DNA from: Candidatus Nomurabacteria bacterium
GTDB lineage: Bacteria > Patescibacteriota > Minisyncoccia > Phycocordibacterales > UBA9973
DNA length: 42,583 nucleotides
Assembly (NCBI GenBank): GCA_052034745.1
Contig: JBPOIF010000030.1
Coordinates: forward strand, 1 to 42,583
Reading direction: 5' to 3'
Shown: positions 24,677-34,419 of the stretch, piece after piece
Layout of the letters: each line of letters begins with the position of its first letter
How positions within the stretch are numbered: the stretch's first letter is position 1
Notes under the pieces: model-generated
What the model was told of the DNA's origin: nothing
The model's input: only the letters and a program-made list of their open reading frames with translations
The model's database searches: none
Program-made: the position numbers and the translations under genes

Positions 24677-25330
24677 ATGATAAAAGCAGTTGCTCTCGAC
24701 ACTCGGCAAACCACCTCTAAAGGACAAAAAATAATTGCCGCCCTATTTTTGGTCACGGAGCATCTCCCTGAGCAAGACCCTTTTCGAGGAAAGGTCCGAA
24801 CACTTGCCATGTCGCTTCTTGATGTTTCGACGAACCAACGTGTCGCCACTTCTGCTCTCATCCAAACACTTCTCGGATCTGCAGTAATCGCAAAGCTTAT
24901 CAACGAAAAAAACGCTGAGATCCTTCATATGGAACTCGGGCTTTTTGTTCAGCTATTGTCTGCTGAACAGGCAAGCATCGGAGAGTTGTTCCCAGGGCTC
25001 GATACTGATAAAGGACATATAGGACAGAAAAGGACACTAGATACAGATATGTCTTTTATATTAAACAAGAAGCATAGTGTTGTCCAATATAGCCATCAAG
25101 GGATAGATAAGGATATAGCTTTAAAATCAAAAGAAAACAAATCAATACGACATGAAAAGATTTTGTCTTATATAAATACACGCAAGTCCGCAAACATAAA
25201 GGACATTTCTCTTCTGTTCCCTGACGTCAGTGAAAAGACAATCCAGCGTGAGCTCGGATGGCTCGTCGCATCAGGCAAAATAACGAAAAGAGGGGACAAG
25301 CGCTGGAGCCTCTACCTCGCTCTTTCATAG
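24677..25330 (+). CDS. Hypothetical protein with C-terminal DeoR/winged-helix-type HTH
   Basis: The C-terminal 55 aa (ILSYINTRKSANIKDISLLFPDVSEKTIQRELGWLVASGKITKRGDKRWSLY) read as a wHTH. The N-terminal domain is unassigned. Confidence 0.55.
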   Translation: MIKAVALDTRQTTSKGQKIIAALFLVTEHLPEQDPFRGKVRTLAMSLLDVSTNQRVATSALIQTLLGSAVIAKLINEKNAEILHMELGLFVQLLSAEQASIGELFPGLDTDKGHIGQKRTLDTDMSFILNKKHSVVQYSHQGIDKDIALKSKENKSIRHEKILSYINTRKSANIKDISLLFPDVSEKTIQRELGWLVASGKITKRGDKRWSLYLALS

Positions 25331-25865
25331 AGCAACTGTGTTGTAATACTTGGCTTTCGTATTCGTCTCTATACTGCGTGGAAAATCCCGCGTTTATTTT
25401 GCACTATAAAACAAAAGGTTTTATACTGTATCCATCATAATGCACTGGTCCATTTCGGACTTTTGTGTTATTATGGTACCGTCTTTTGTTTTACGCAGAA
25501 GACAAACGTGGGAAACCACGACAGGAGTTTGATCGTTGAAAACAACATAGCGAATCCGCTGAAAGGGCCCCTCAAAAGACCCTTTCGCAAAACCGTTATT
25601 AGCTTTCGACGGTCGACTCTTTTTGTTTTTTGCAATCCTTTCTTTAGCGATAAAGGGAGGAAGTAGAAGACACGATATCGGCCCTGTCGACACGGCAGAT
25701 ACCATCTGGGTAGCACCAGGTGCATTCTGCGTTCTTACTTTTGTTTGTCATAGAGGATGATAAAGACCCTCTATGCGGACACAACGTCGTATTTCAGTAG
25801 TTTTGTCGAACTGCCCATACTGCCAAGTGTGGAAACGATACGTACGCATTAAAAACGATAAACAT

Positions 25866-27689
25866 ATGTCTATTAAAAATAAATTTTTCGTAGGCGCATT
25901 CGTTGCAGCTTTTGCTCTCGTAGCAAGCTCAGCTTCTGCTGCTTACATGCATTCTGTAACCCTTAAACAAGGTTCATCAGGTGCTCAAGTTACTTCACTC
26001 CAGACCACTCTTAACATGACTTCATGTAAAGTTGGTGCTGGTCTTGCAACTGGATACTTTGGTTCAATGACCAAGTCAGCTGTAATGTGTTTCCAAGCAC
26101 AAAATGGTCTCACTGCAGACGGCGTTGTTGGTCCTATGACCGGCATGAAGCTTGCAGGTGTTACCGGTTCAACTGGTTCAACCGGCGGATCAACTGGCGG
26201 TTCAACTGGATCATCAGTAACTCTCGCAGGAACTGATGGAACAATCTCAGATGTTAACGAACTTTCTACCTACAACAACGAAGAAGTTGGAGAAGGTCAG
26301 AGTGATGTAAAGGTTGCTGGATTTGAAGTTGAAGCTTCAAACGATGGTGACGTTCAAATCATTTCTGGAAAGGTCAGTTTTGCGCTTTCAAACGCATCAG
26401 GATCTGTTAAGCTCGATGACTATGTAGATTCTATTAAGGTATGGCACGGTTCAACCGAAATCGGTTCAGCTGATGCAGATGACTTTAACAAGGATTCAAC
26501 TGGTAACTACAGTAAGACAATCTCATTCTCAAACGCAGTTGTTAAGGCTGACGATACTGAGAAGTTTTATGTTTCTGTAGATGCTGTTAATACTTTTGAC
26601 AGTGGAGACATTGATTCAGAAGCTGTTACTATCGACGTTGAAAACCTCCGCTACAAGGATGGTTCAGGCGTTGTTACTACAGAGACTGGATATGACCTCG
26701 ACGGAATGGATGTTTCTATTGCCTTCGAATCATTCAGTACTGCTGCTGACACCGAACTTAAGGTCTCAGCTGCAACTGACAGTCCAGACGCTGGAATCGT
26801 AATGGTTGACGACAACGGAAGTACAACAGATGACGTTTCACTCCTTAAGGGTAAACTCAAGCTCGACGGTACTTCAGATGCTGTTCTTAACGAATTCCCT
26901 GTAACCTTCACCACCACCGGTACTGCAAGTATCGTTGCTGCAACAGGTTCAGTGAAGCTTGTTATTGACGGAGAAGACTACTCAGAGTCTGTTTCAGTTG
27001 GAGGTCAGACAGGTACTATCGTCTTCGATAACCTTGATCTCGATCTCTCAGCTGGTGACACCGTAAACTTCGAAGTTTTTGCTGATATCAATGATATCGA
27101 CGCATCAACTCTCGTTGCTGGTGACACTATCAAGGCTTCTGTGACTTCAACAAACGTAAGTCACATGGACATTGAGAACGAAGAAGGGGATCAGCTTGCT
27201 GATTCAACTGAAAAGTCAGGTTCTGCTACTGGTGAGGCACAAGAACTCCGCGCAAGTGGAATCTCTCTTACCCTCGTAAGTACAGATGAAGCTGCTTCAA
27301 CAGGAAGTAGTTCAAACGATGATTCAGGAACATTTACTCTCAAGTTCAAAGTAACTGCAGTAGGAGATGACGTATACCTCGGAACAACTGTTTCTCAAGG
27401 ATTCACATACGCTGTTGACGCTTCAGGTACTGCAACTACATTCAACGTTTCAGCTGTTGTTGTAAACAACACTGACACTGATGTAACTTCACAAGGTAAC
27501 TACCTTATCGAAGACGGACAAAGTGAAACATTTACTTTGACTGTTGTTCGAAATGCTGGTGCTGCTGGACTCTTCCGAGCTAGCCTCACAGGCGTGAAGT
27601 GGGATACAAGTGATGCAGACACAACCATGTCTAACACTTACTCTTCAAACCTTGATACATTCAAGACTGATTACCTCAACTTGAACTAA
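25866..27689 (+). CDS. Secreted surface (S-layer-like) protein with N-terminal peptidoglycan-binding domain
   Basis: Signal peptide MSIKNKFFVGAFVAAFALVASSASA; PG_binding_1-like LKQGSSGAQVTSLQTTLN...GYFGSMTKSAVMCFQAQNGLTADGVVGPMT; a (GST)n linker. About 450 aa of acidic S/T/D/V/G-rich sequence follows, with no Cys and very few basic residues, and with strongly biased codon use (Ser almost always TCA). Start moved from 25773 to ATG 25866 at the signal peptide. Confidence 0.8.
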   Translation: MSIKNKFFVGAFVAAFALVASSASAAYMHSVTLKQGSSGAQVTSLQTTLNMTSCKVGAGLATGYFGSMTKSAVMCFQAQNGLTADGVVGPMTGMKLAGVTGSTGSTGGSTGGSTGSSVTLAGTDGTISDVNELSTYNNEEVGEGQSDVKVAGFEVEASNDGDVQIISGKVSFALSNASGSVKLDDYVDSIKVWHGSTEIGSADADDFNKDSTGNYSKTISFSNAVVKADDTEKFYVSVDAVNTFDSGDIDSEAVTIDVENLRYKDGSGVVTTETGYDLDGMDVSIAFESFSTAADTELKVSAATDSPDAGIVMVDDNGSTTDDVSLLKGKLKLDGTSDAVLNEFPVTFTTTGTASIVAATGSVKLVIDGEDYSESVSVGGQTGTIVFDNLDLDLSAGDTVNFEVFADINDIDASTLVAGDTIKASVTSTNVSHMDIENEEGDQLADSTEKSGSATGEAQELRASGISLTLVSTDEAASTGSSSNDDSGTFTLKFKVTAVGDDVYLGTTVSQGFTYAVDASGTATTFNVSAVVVNNTDTDVTSQGNYLIEDGQSETFTLTVVRNAGAAGLFRASLTGVKWDTSDADTTMSNTYSSNLDTFKTDYLNLN

Positions 27690-27726
27690 CCTCGGTTTGA
27701 CAGCTTCGGCTGTTACCCAAGCAATG

Positions 27727-27755
27727 ACCGCCCCGAAAGGGGCGGTTTTGCTTTG
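27727..27755 (+). terminator. Rho-independent terminator after the surface-protein gene
   Basis: ACCGCCCC-GAAA-GGGGCGGT followed by TTTGCTTTG. Confidence 0.8.
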
Positions 27756-27781
27756 TCTGGTTTTCTCCGTATAATCTAGGA

Positions 27782-29803
27782 ATGTTTTTAACCATACAAA
27801 AAAGCACTTTTTTGAAGGTACTTGAATGGGGGCTGTATATATTTATCGCGCTATTTCCGTTTATTCTGTATCCAGGGTATGTGTTCAATGGGACATCTAC
27901 TCGGGCAATAAATCTGATAATTTTTGTTGAGATTTTTGCGGTTGCACTGGGGGCTCTCTTGTTTCAAAAGAGTTCAAAGTTCAGTGTCGCAAAATCACCA
28001 ATCACTATCGGACTGCTCTCTCTCCTTGTTGTTCTGTTCGCTACGTCTTTTTTTGGGGTTGATTTTGCGACCTCGTTCTGGTCAAAAGCAACACGAATGT
28101 CGGGGTTGTTTTATCTCCTCCATCTCGGAATTTTCTATTTGTTTTTGATGATGGTCTTTCGAGATGAAAAGAAGCAGAGAAATTTTATAAAAGTCTTTCT
28201 CTTTTCGACCGCTCTCTTTTCGATCGGAGCACTTCTTTCAAAAGAGGGGTGGGGTATGTTGTTTACAACGAAGCCTTGGGTAGGGCTCACTTTCGGAAAC
28301 TCAACGTTCGCCGCGATGTATCTTTTTGCGGGATTTCTTTTGTCGATCTACTATGTCTCGTCTCTTCCACAAGAGAAAAAAGTTTGGTGGAACTATCTGT
28401 TTCCTGTTGTTTTTGTGCTCAATCCATTTATTATCAGCCAGGATGCTCTCCTTGGGAAAGTAAATCTGTTCCAAAACCCAATTGGATTTATTGGAAGTGC
28501 GAACGCAACATCTCTCACGGTACTCTTTTCAGTAGTACTTTTGTTTGGTTTTTGGCTTCTTTCAAAGATAAAGAGTGCGACTTTTCGAAGAGGTGTTGTC
28601 CGAGGAAGCGTGGTCCTTGGTTTTGTGGGGGCGTATGTTGTCTTTCACTCCCTTCTTTCTCCTGGTGGGGCACTTCGAGATCTTTATCTGAAACAGGCGA
28701 CAGAAGCTCGTCCTATTCTTTGGAGTCTTTCTCAGAAAGCAATTGAGAGCCGACCATTATTTGGATGGGGTGGCGATAACTTTGATCGCGCACTGAACGC
28801 GTACTACGACAATAGACTCCTTGAGGATGCAAAAGGAGGTGAGGGGTGGTTCGACAGAGCGCACAATATCTTTATCGACCAGACGGTTGATTCGGGGTAT
28901 ATGGGTGTGACAGTGTATCTTTTGGTGTATATCGTTGTCTTTCTTTCTTTGGTATCAGTTATTTTGCATGCTCGGGAAAGGAAGGATCAGATACTCGCAG
29001 TTATTCTCATTACTTATTTTGGGGGGCACCTCCTTGAGCTTCAGACCGCATTTGAAACTACTATTTCATATGTCGCATTGGTTGTGATGGCGGCACTTTC
29101 GGCAACGCTTTACCACAAGGTTCGACAGCAGCGTGTTGGTCAAAGTGGGGAGTGGGAAGTTCCTCTTTTTGTGAAATATGCTTTCGGCATCGTTTTGGTG
29201 GGGCTTTTCGGAGCGTTGTTTTTTATCGGCACTGTTCCTCTTGTGAGATCTCAAAATGCTCATGGTGCGCTTGCAATTGCAGGGACGAGTACAAAGCGTC
29301 TTCCCTTGTATGAAAAGCTTTTTTCTTCGCCACTTGATGAGGCGGCGCTTCTCCATCGAATCTTTTTTGGACTTCAAGAGGGGATATCGATGAAGCCCTC
29401 AATCATAGAAGACGCGAAGAGGAGAGAGGGGTTTGTAAAAGAGTTTGAAGGGCTTGTTGGTTATTACAGTGACTATATAGCAAAAAATCCTGAAGATTAT
29501 CGCGCTCACCTTGAATTTGCGGAACTTTGTATCTATATACGGCTGTTTGATGTTGATCGTCTTACGCAGGCACATACGATCCTCGACGAAGCTATCTCTA
29601 TTGTTCCACAAGCACCACAGGCACATTGGCTCAAGTCGGTCGCATATCTGTACCAAGGTAAATTTAAAGACGCTCGTGAGTCCGCAAAGCGCGCGTATGA
29701 TATCAATCCAAACATAGAAGAGAGCAAACGCGTCGTCGACTATATTGACCGTTCGATTCGAGATTTTCCAGAGATTGATTTGTTTGCGTTCAAAAAGATA
29801 TAG
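27782..29803 (+). CDS. Wzy_C / O-antigen ligase-like polytopic membrane protein with C-terminal TPR domain
   Basis: More than 10 TM segments; periplasmic-loop signature WGGDNFDRALNAYYD...RAHNIFIDQTVDSGYMGV; C-terminal soluble TPR-like repeats (EDYRAHLEFAELCIY, AHWLKSVAYLYQGKFKDARESAKRAYDINP). Confidence 0.8.
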   Translation: MFLTIQKSTFLKVLEWGLYIFIALFPFILYPGYVFNGTSTRAINLIIFVEIFAVALGALLFQKSSKFSVAKSPITIGLLSLLVVLFATSFFGVDFATSFWSKATRMSGLFYLLHLGIFYLFLMMVFRDEKKQRNFIKVFLFSTALFSIGALLSKEGWGMLFTTKPWVGLTFGNSTFAAMYLFAGFLLSIYYVSSLPQEKKVWWNYLFPVVFVLNPFIISQDALLGKVNLFQNPIGFIGSANATSLTVLFSVVLLFGFWLLSKIKSATFRRGVVRGSVVLGFVGAYVVFHSLLSPGGALRDLYLKQATEARPILWSLSQKAIESRPLFGWGGDNFDRALNAYYDNRLLEDAKGGEGWFDRAHNIFIDQTVDSGYMGVTVYLLVYIVVFLSLVSVILHARERKDQILAVILITYFGGHLLELQTAFETTISYVALVVMAALSATLYHKVRQQRVGQSGEWEVPLFVKYAFGIVLVGLFGALFFIGTVPLVRSQNAHGALAIAGTSTKRLPLYEKLFSSPLDEAALLHRIFFGLQEGISMKPSIIEDAKRREGFVKEFEGLVGYYSDYIAKNPEDYRAHLEFAELCIYIRLFDVDRLTQAHTILDEAISIVPQAPQAHWLKSVAYLYQGKFKDARESAKRAYDINPNIEESKRVVDYIDRSIRDFPEIDLFAFKKI

Positions 29804-29810
29804 CACTTGT

Positions 29811-30779
29811 ATGGAAAAACAAACAACATATCTCGTAACAGGATCGGCAGGGTTTATAGGGTTTCATACTGCAAAAAAGATGCTCGAAAAAGGAGCTCGT
29901 GTTATTGGGGTTGATAACTTCAATAGTTATTATGATGTTGCTTTAAAAGAAGCGCGAAATGGTGAACTCGAAAAGTTCCCACATTTTACGCTCTATAGAG
30001 GTACTATTGCCGATGTTGATTTTGTGAGAAAAGTTTTTTCAGAAAATACAATAGATACAGTGTGTCACCTTGCCGCGCAGGCGGGTGTTCGCTACAGCAT
30101 CAAAGAGCCTTATCGGTATGTCGAAACCAATCTTGTGGGGTTTGTAAATGTATTGAATGAGGCAAAAGAAAAAGGAGTAAAGAATTTTGTCTTTGCCTCT
30201 TCGAGTTCTGTGTATGGACAGGCAGAGGCCGCTCCTTTTTTGGAGACTGCTTCTTGTGACAAACCGCTTTCTCTCTATGCTGCAACAAAGAAATCAAATG
30301 AGCTCATGGCATATACGTATCATCATCTTTTCGGGATGAATTGCATGGGGCTTCGGTTCTTCACAGTGTATGGTCCATGGGGCAGGCCCGATATGGCGAT
30401 GGTTTCATTTACCAAAGCCATTTATGAGGGCTCTTCTATCGGTGTATTTAACAATGGGGATATGAAGCGCGACTTTACCTACATTGATGACATTGTCGAT
30501 GGTGTTATTGCTGCATGTGAGCATCCTTTCCCATTTGAAATAATAAATCTCGGAAACAACAATCCTGTGCAACTCGCAGCCATGATAGAGACTCTCGAAA
30601 AGGAAATTGGAAAATCTGCAGTAAAAGAATTTTTGCCTATGCAGCCAGGAGATGTACTGGAGACGTATGCCGATAGTACAAAAGCTCAGGAAAAGCTTGG
30701 GTGGACACCAAAGACGAACCTCGAAGAGGGGGTGAGAAAATTTGTTGCATGGTATCGCCTCTATTATGGAGAAAAATAA
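29811..30779 (+). CDS. NAD-dependent sugar-nucleotide epimerase (UDP-glucuronate 4-epimerase-like SDR)
   Basis: VTGSAGFIGFH (GxxGxxG), DNFNSYYDVALKEAR, ASSSSVYG and YAATKKSNE (YxxxK). Start set at ATG 29811 (MEKQTTYLVTG). Confidence 0.85.
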   Translation: MEKQTTYLVTGSAGFIGFHTAKKMLEKGARVIGVDNFNSYYDVALKEARNGELEKFPHFTLYRGTIADVDFVRKVFSENTIDTVCHLAAQAGVRYSIKEPYRYVETNLVGFVNVLNEAKEKGVKNFVFASSSSVYGQAEAAPFLETASCDKPLSLYAATKKSNELMAYTYHHLFGMNCMGLRFFTVYGPWGRPDMAMVSFTKAIYEGSSIGVFNNGDMKRDFTYIDDIVDGVIAACEHPFPFEIINLGNNNPVQLAAMIETLEKEIGKSAVKEFLPMQPGDVLETYADSTKAQEKLGWTPKTNLEEGVRKFVAWYRLYYGEK

Positions 30780-30786
30780 TCAAATC

Positions 30787-31902
30787 ATGACAATGCTCGC
30801 CAATCATAATTTTGCCTTCTTTTTTACTCGAGGACTTTCTCTGTCTCGATGGGAAAAGCTCGGGATGCTCCAGCGTGAAATCAAGCTATATCAAAAACTC
30901 GCAGAGGTATTTCATACGGTATATCTTTTTACGTATGGCGTGAGTGAGGCTGCTTTGTATCAAAAGTATTTTCCGGAGAACGTCGTTATTGTCTCAAGGC
31001 CGTCGTATATCCCCGTGCTGCTTTATAGTTTTCTCCTCCCTCTTTTACACCGAAAGAAGCTCCGGAACGTTTCTTTTTTGAAAACAAATCAAATGGATGG
31101 AAGTTGGACTGCGGTTATTGCAAAAAAGATATCCAAAGCAAAACTTATTGTTCGCTGTGGGTACGAATGGCTCTTTACGCTTGAAAACCTCAAAAAGTCA
31201 TACTTCAAAAGAAAAATAGCTTTTTGGGTAGAGCGATGTGCATATCGAAATGCGGATACAATCGTCATGACGGCAGAGCCTGCCGTGAATTTTGTGCACG
31301 ATCGTTTTGGGATACCGTTTGAAAAAATGAGGATCATTCCAAACTACGTTGACACAGAACTTTTTAAACCAGCGGATAATGTATCGAAAGAAAAACAAGT
31401 TCTTTTTGTGGGGAGATTTGAAAAAGAAAAAAACATCTTGGCGCTTGTGGATGCGATGCAGGATATCGGCGCACCACTTGTTCTTGTTGGTGCGGGGAGT
31501 ATGAAAGAAATTATCGCTCATCGAGCAGAGGAAAGAGGAGTTACTGTTTTGTTTCGAGGTACTATTGCTCACCAAGCACTTGTTTCTGAGATGCAAAAAA
31601 CAGCTGTTTTTGTCCTCCTTTCACTGTACGAAGGAAATCCAAAGGTCTTGCTTGAGGCGATGGCGTGCGGTGCGCCATGTGTCGGGTCGAATGTTTCTGG
31701 GATAAGAGAGATTATTACTGATGGGGACGACGGATTTTTGTCGGGTACGGATAGTCAATCAATCCACAGAGTACTGAGTCTTCTTGTTAACAACACCGCA
31801 CTACAGGCTACGCTTGGGAAAAATGCTCGAGAAAAAGTACTCGCTACATACAGCCTCGAAAGGATTTTACAATCTGAGCTTTCAGTCTATAATGCACTTT
31901 AA
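30787..31902 (+). CDS. Glycosyltransferase family 4 (GT-B)
   Basis: C-terminal GT1/GT4 signature FVLLSLYEGNPKVLLEAMACGAPCVGSNVSGIREII. Start set at ATG 30787; ATG 30766 is also possible. Confidence 0.8.
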   Translation: MTMLANHNFAFFFTRGLSLSRWEKLGMLQREIKLYQKLAEVFHTVYLFTYGVSEAALYQKYFPENVVIVSRPSYIPVLLYSFLLPLLHRKKLRNVSFLKTNQMDGSWTAVIAKKISKAKLIVRCGYEWLFTLENLKKSYFKRKIAFWVERCAYRNADTIVMTAEPAVNFVHDRFGIPFEKMRIIPNYVDTELFKPADNVSKEKQVLFVGRFEKEKNILALVDAMQDIGAPLVLVGAGSMKEIIAHRAEERGVTVLFRGTIAHQALVSEMQKTAVFVLLSLYEGNPKVLLEAMACGAPCVGSNVSGIREIITDGDDGFLSGTDSQSIHRVLSLLVNNTALQATLGKNAREKVLATYSLERILQSELSVYNAL

Positions 31903-32540
31903 TGAAGAAAAACATATATAAAATACTATTACGATATTCTCTAAAGCTCAGCAATTTCCTCTACAAATTGATTAGTTTTCTTGCAATAAAATACGAAGGA
32001 GGAATTCACCCCAAACATCGACTGCTCGGATATCATGATTTTTTTATCAACAATATCCGCAATGGAGATACTGTTCTTGATATTGGTTGTGGAAATGGAG
32101 CGCTTTCTTTTGACATAGCGAAAAAGGCAAAAGAAGTGACAGGGATAGATATAGAAGAAAAGAATATTAAAGAGGCAAAAAAGAAACATAGCCTTACAAA
32201 TCTTACCTATATAGTTGGTGACGCAACAAAGGATTTGGGAGAAAAAAAGTTTGATGTTATTACGCTCTCAAATGTTTTAGAGCATATAGAATATCGCGTC
32301 GATTTTTTAAAGAGCATTAAAGGGCTTGCGAGCACGTACTTGATCAGGGTTCCTATGTTTGATCGTGACTGGATACCACTGTATAAGAAGGAGTTGGGTA
32401 TCGAATGGCGACTTGATCTTACTCACTATACAGAGTTTACGAAGCAGACATTTGAGAAAGAAGTTACTGAAGCAGGGTACACTATCAATAGTCTGAGTGT
32501 GCAGTTTGGTGAGATTTGGGCGGTGATTACTGTTCAATAG
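31902..32540 (+). CDS. Class I SAM-dependent methyltransferase
   Basis: VLDIGCGNGALS (motif I), GIDIEE, FDVITLSNVLEHIE. Confidence 0.8.
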   Translation: MKKNIYKILLRYSLKLSNFLYKLISFLAIKYEGGIHPKHRLLGYHDFFINNIRNGDTVLDIGCGNGALSFDIAKKAKEVTGIDIEEKNIKEAKKKHSLTNLTYIVGDATKDLGEKKFDVITLSNVLEHIEYRVDFLKSIKGLASTYLIRVPMFDRDWIPLYKKELGIEWRLDLTHYTEFTKQTFEKEVTEAGYTINSLSVQFGEIWAVITVQ

Positions 32541-32545
32541 AAATT

Positions 32546-33508
32546 ATGAAAACATACCGTTTTATCATTGCATTGTTCGGGAACAAGCATGTAGGGATGC
32601 TTCTTACCAACCTGTACTCGATTAAGGAAAATGCACCAAGAGCTTCTGTCACTGTCTTGTGGCAAGACGTTGACCCCAAAACGAAAGAAGACCTTCAAAA
32701 AGTATTTCCGGAGGTAGATTTTCAGGAGATCAACTTTGATATATCTTCAGACAAAATCAAAAGAATTTCTAGCAAGATGTTATTTTGGAATTATGCAGTT
32801 TCCAAGTTTAAAGGCGAACAACTTTGCCTCGTCGATGTCGACACATTGATCTTAAAAGACATCGGCGATTTTTTTGAGGAAGATTTTGATATTTTGTTCA
32901 CCGATAAAAAAGAAGAGATATTCCCATTGAACACAGGGGTTATGCTTTGTAAGGGTGAAAAAAGTCACATTTTTTTTGAAAAATGGATGCAAACAACAAT
33001 TGAAATCCTAAGCGATGAAACACTGATTCATCAAGCCATGAGTACGCAGTATCCTTTTGGTGGTGGGGATCAAATGTCGTTTTATAACCTCGTAGAATAT
33101 ACAAAAGAAAAAAGTACGTTTGAAGTGACCATAGGTGATCAGCCGATTCGGCTGGTTTCAAAGCCGTGCGCGCTCCTCAACGAAACTCGATCAACAATTA
33201 TATCCCCAATGACTCATATCGTTCACTATAAAGGTGGGTGGCAGATGGTAATGCTTGAAGGTGAAGATTTTACGAGGAATCGGTCAAAAAAAGACTCTTG
33301 GGAGATGTATCTGCTCTATCTCAATACTCACAAACAAGCACTCAATTATTTAAATACTCACGCAAAAACTCATTATGAGTTTGGTTCATTTGGTATACAG
33401 ATTCCTTGCTATCTCGACAAAATACACCTAAAAGAAAACAAGGTTCGTTATTTCTTTTTTCATATGTATTCGTTGATAAAAAGAATTATCAAATTTTTAA
33501 AAATATGA
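32546..33508 (+). CDS. GT-A fold glycosyltransferase, GT8-like (DxD)
   Basis: LCLVDVDTLILKD (DxD) and LNTGVMLCKG resemble GT8 / nucleotide-diphospho-sugar transferases. Start set at ATG 32546. Confidence 0.55.
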   Translation: MKTYRFIIALFGNKHVGMLLTNLYSIKENAPRASVTVLWQDVDPKTKEDLQKVFPEVDFQEINFDISSDKIKRISSKMLFWNYAVSKFKGEQLCLVDVDTLILKDIGDFFEEDFDILFTDKKEEIFPLNTGVMLCKGEKSHIFFEKWMQTTIEILSDETLIHQAMSTQYPFGGGDQMSFYNLVEYTKEKSTFEVTIGDQPIRLVSKPCALLNETRSTIISPMTHIVHYKGGWQMVMLEGEDFTRNRSKKDSWEMYLLYLNTHKQALNYLNTHAKTHYEFGSFGIQIPCYLDKIHLKENKVRYFFFHMYSLIKRIIKFLKI

Positions 33509-34419
33509 AAATTTTTATTTCACAAAAAGTGCAATCTGGTCCTTGGGGTGGGGGAAACCAATTTTTGAAAGCATTGAGAGGAGGATTTGCCAAGAAAAAC
33601 GTGCATACCGAATCTTTTACTGAGGCAACCGTTGTATTGTTTGATAGTTATCAAAATATCTTTGGGTTGTTACAATGTTGGTTTTTCAATAACAAAAAGA
33701 TACGAGTGTATCGTCTCGGCCCGATATTCCACCTCCACAGGAGTTGGAAGTGGAGGATCATTGATGTAGCAGTTGTTATTGTTGCAAATATTTGTGCTGA
33801 TGTGGTTATTTTCCAGTCGCAGTGGTCATACCAACAAACCCAGAAACTTGGCTTTTGGAAAGGTAAGAAAAAGCACGTCATTACAAATGCTGTCGATACT
33901 GCAGTCTTTTTTGAGAAAGCGCATGTTGGTGGGGATACGGTAGGGCCAATACAGTTGGTATATACCAGTTGGTCATCAAACAAAAATAAAGGCTTTGAAT
34001 ATTTGAGCTTCTTAGACGAACGCCTTGATTTTCAAAAGTACCAGTTTACTTTTATAGGAAATACTTCAATCATATTTAAAAACATTAAAACGATACCACC
34101 GCTGTCGAGCGGTGAACTTGCTGATGAACTGCGAAAAAGAGATATCTTTGTTTCTCCGGTAAAAGATGATGCATGTTCAAATGCTATTTTAGAAGCACTC
34201 GCGTGCGGACTTCCTGTTGTCGCTCTCAATAGTGGAGGAAACCCTGAGATTGTTGGGGAAGGTGGGGCATTATTTGATAACGAACAGGAAATGCTAGAAA
34301 AGATCGATACGGTAGCGAAAGATATTTCATCTTATCGGAATAAGATTAGTGTTAAAAATATCGATACGGTAGCGCAAGAGTATGTAGATGCTATCCGTGC
34401 TAGTATCAAAAATGTATGA
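33505..34419 (+). CDS. Glycosyltransferase, GT-B (GT4-like)
   Basis: C-terminal CSNAILEALACGLPVVALNSGGNPEIVGEGG. An ATGA start/stop overlap with the upstream gene supports the start at 33505. Confidence 0.7.
   Translation: MKIFISQKVQSGPWGGGNQFLKALRGGFAKKNVHTESFTEATVVLFDSYQNIFGLLQCWFFNNKKIRVYRLGPIFHLHRSWKWRIIDVAVVIVANICADVVIFQSQWSYQQTQKLGFWKGKKKHVITNAVDTAVFFEKAHVGGDTVGPIQLVYTSWSSNKNKGFEYLSFLDERLDFQKYQFTFIGNTSIIFKNIKTIPPLSSGELADELRKRDIFVSPVKDDACSNAILEALACGLPVVALNSGGNPEIVGEGGALFDNEQEMLEKIDTVAKDISSYRNKISVKNIDTVAQEYVDAIRASIKNV

Noticed and set aside
25421-25725. Small ORFs (67-94 aa, both strands) in the long spacer upstream of the surface-protein gene
   Set aside because: They overlap one another, have odd compositions, no motifs and no sensible start context. 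I treat the region as non-coding leader or RNA instead.
26166-26216. Tandem 9-nt repeats GGTTCAACT / GGCGGATCA
   Set aside because: They are in-frame coding repeats producing a (GST)n flexible linker between the PG-binding domain and the body of the surface protein. They are not a CRISPR or regulatory repeat.
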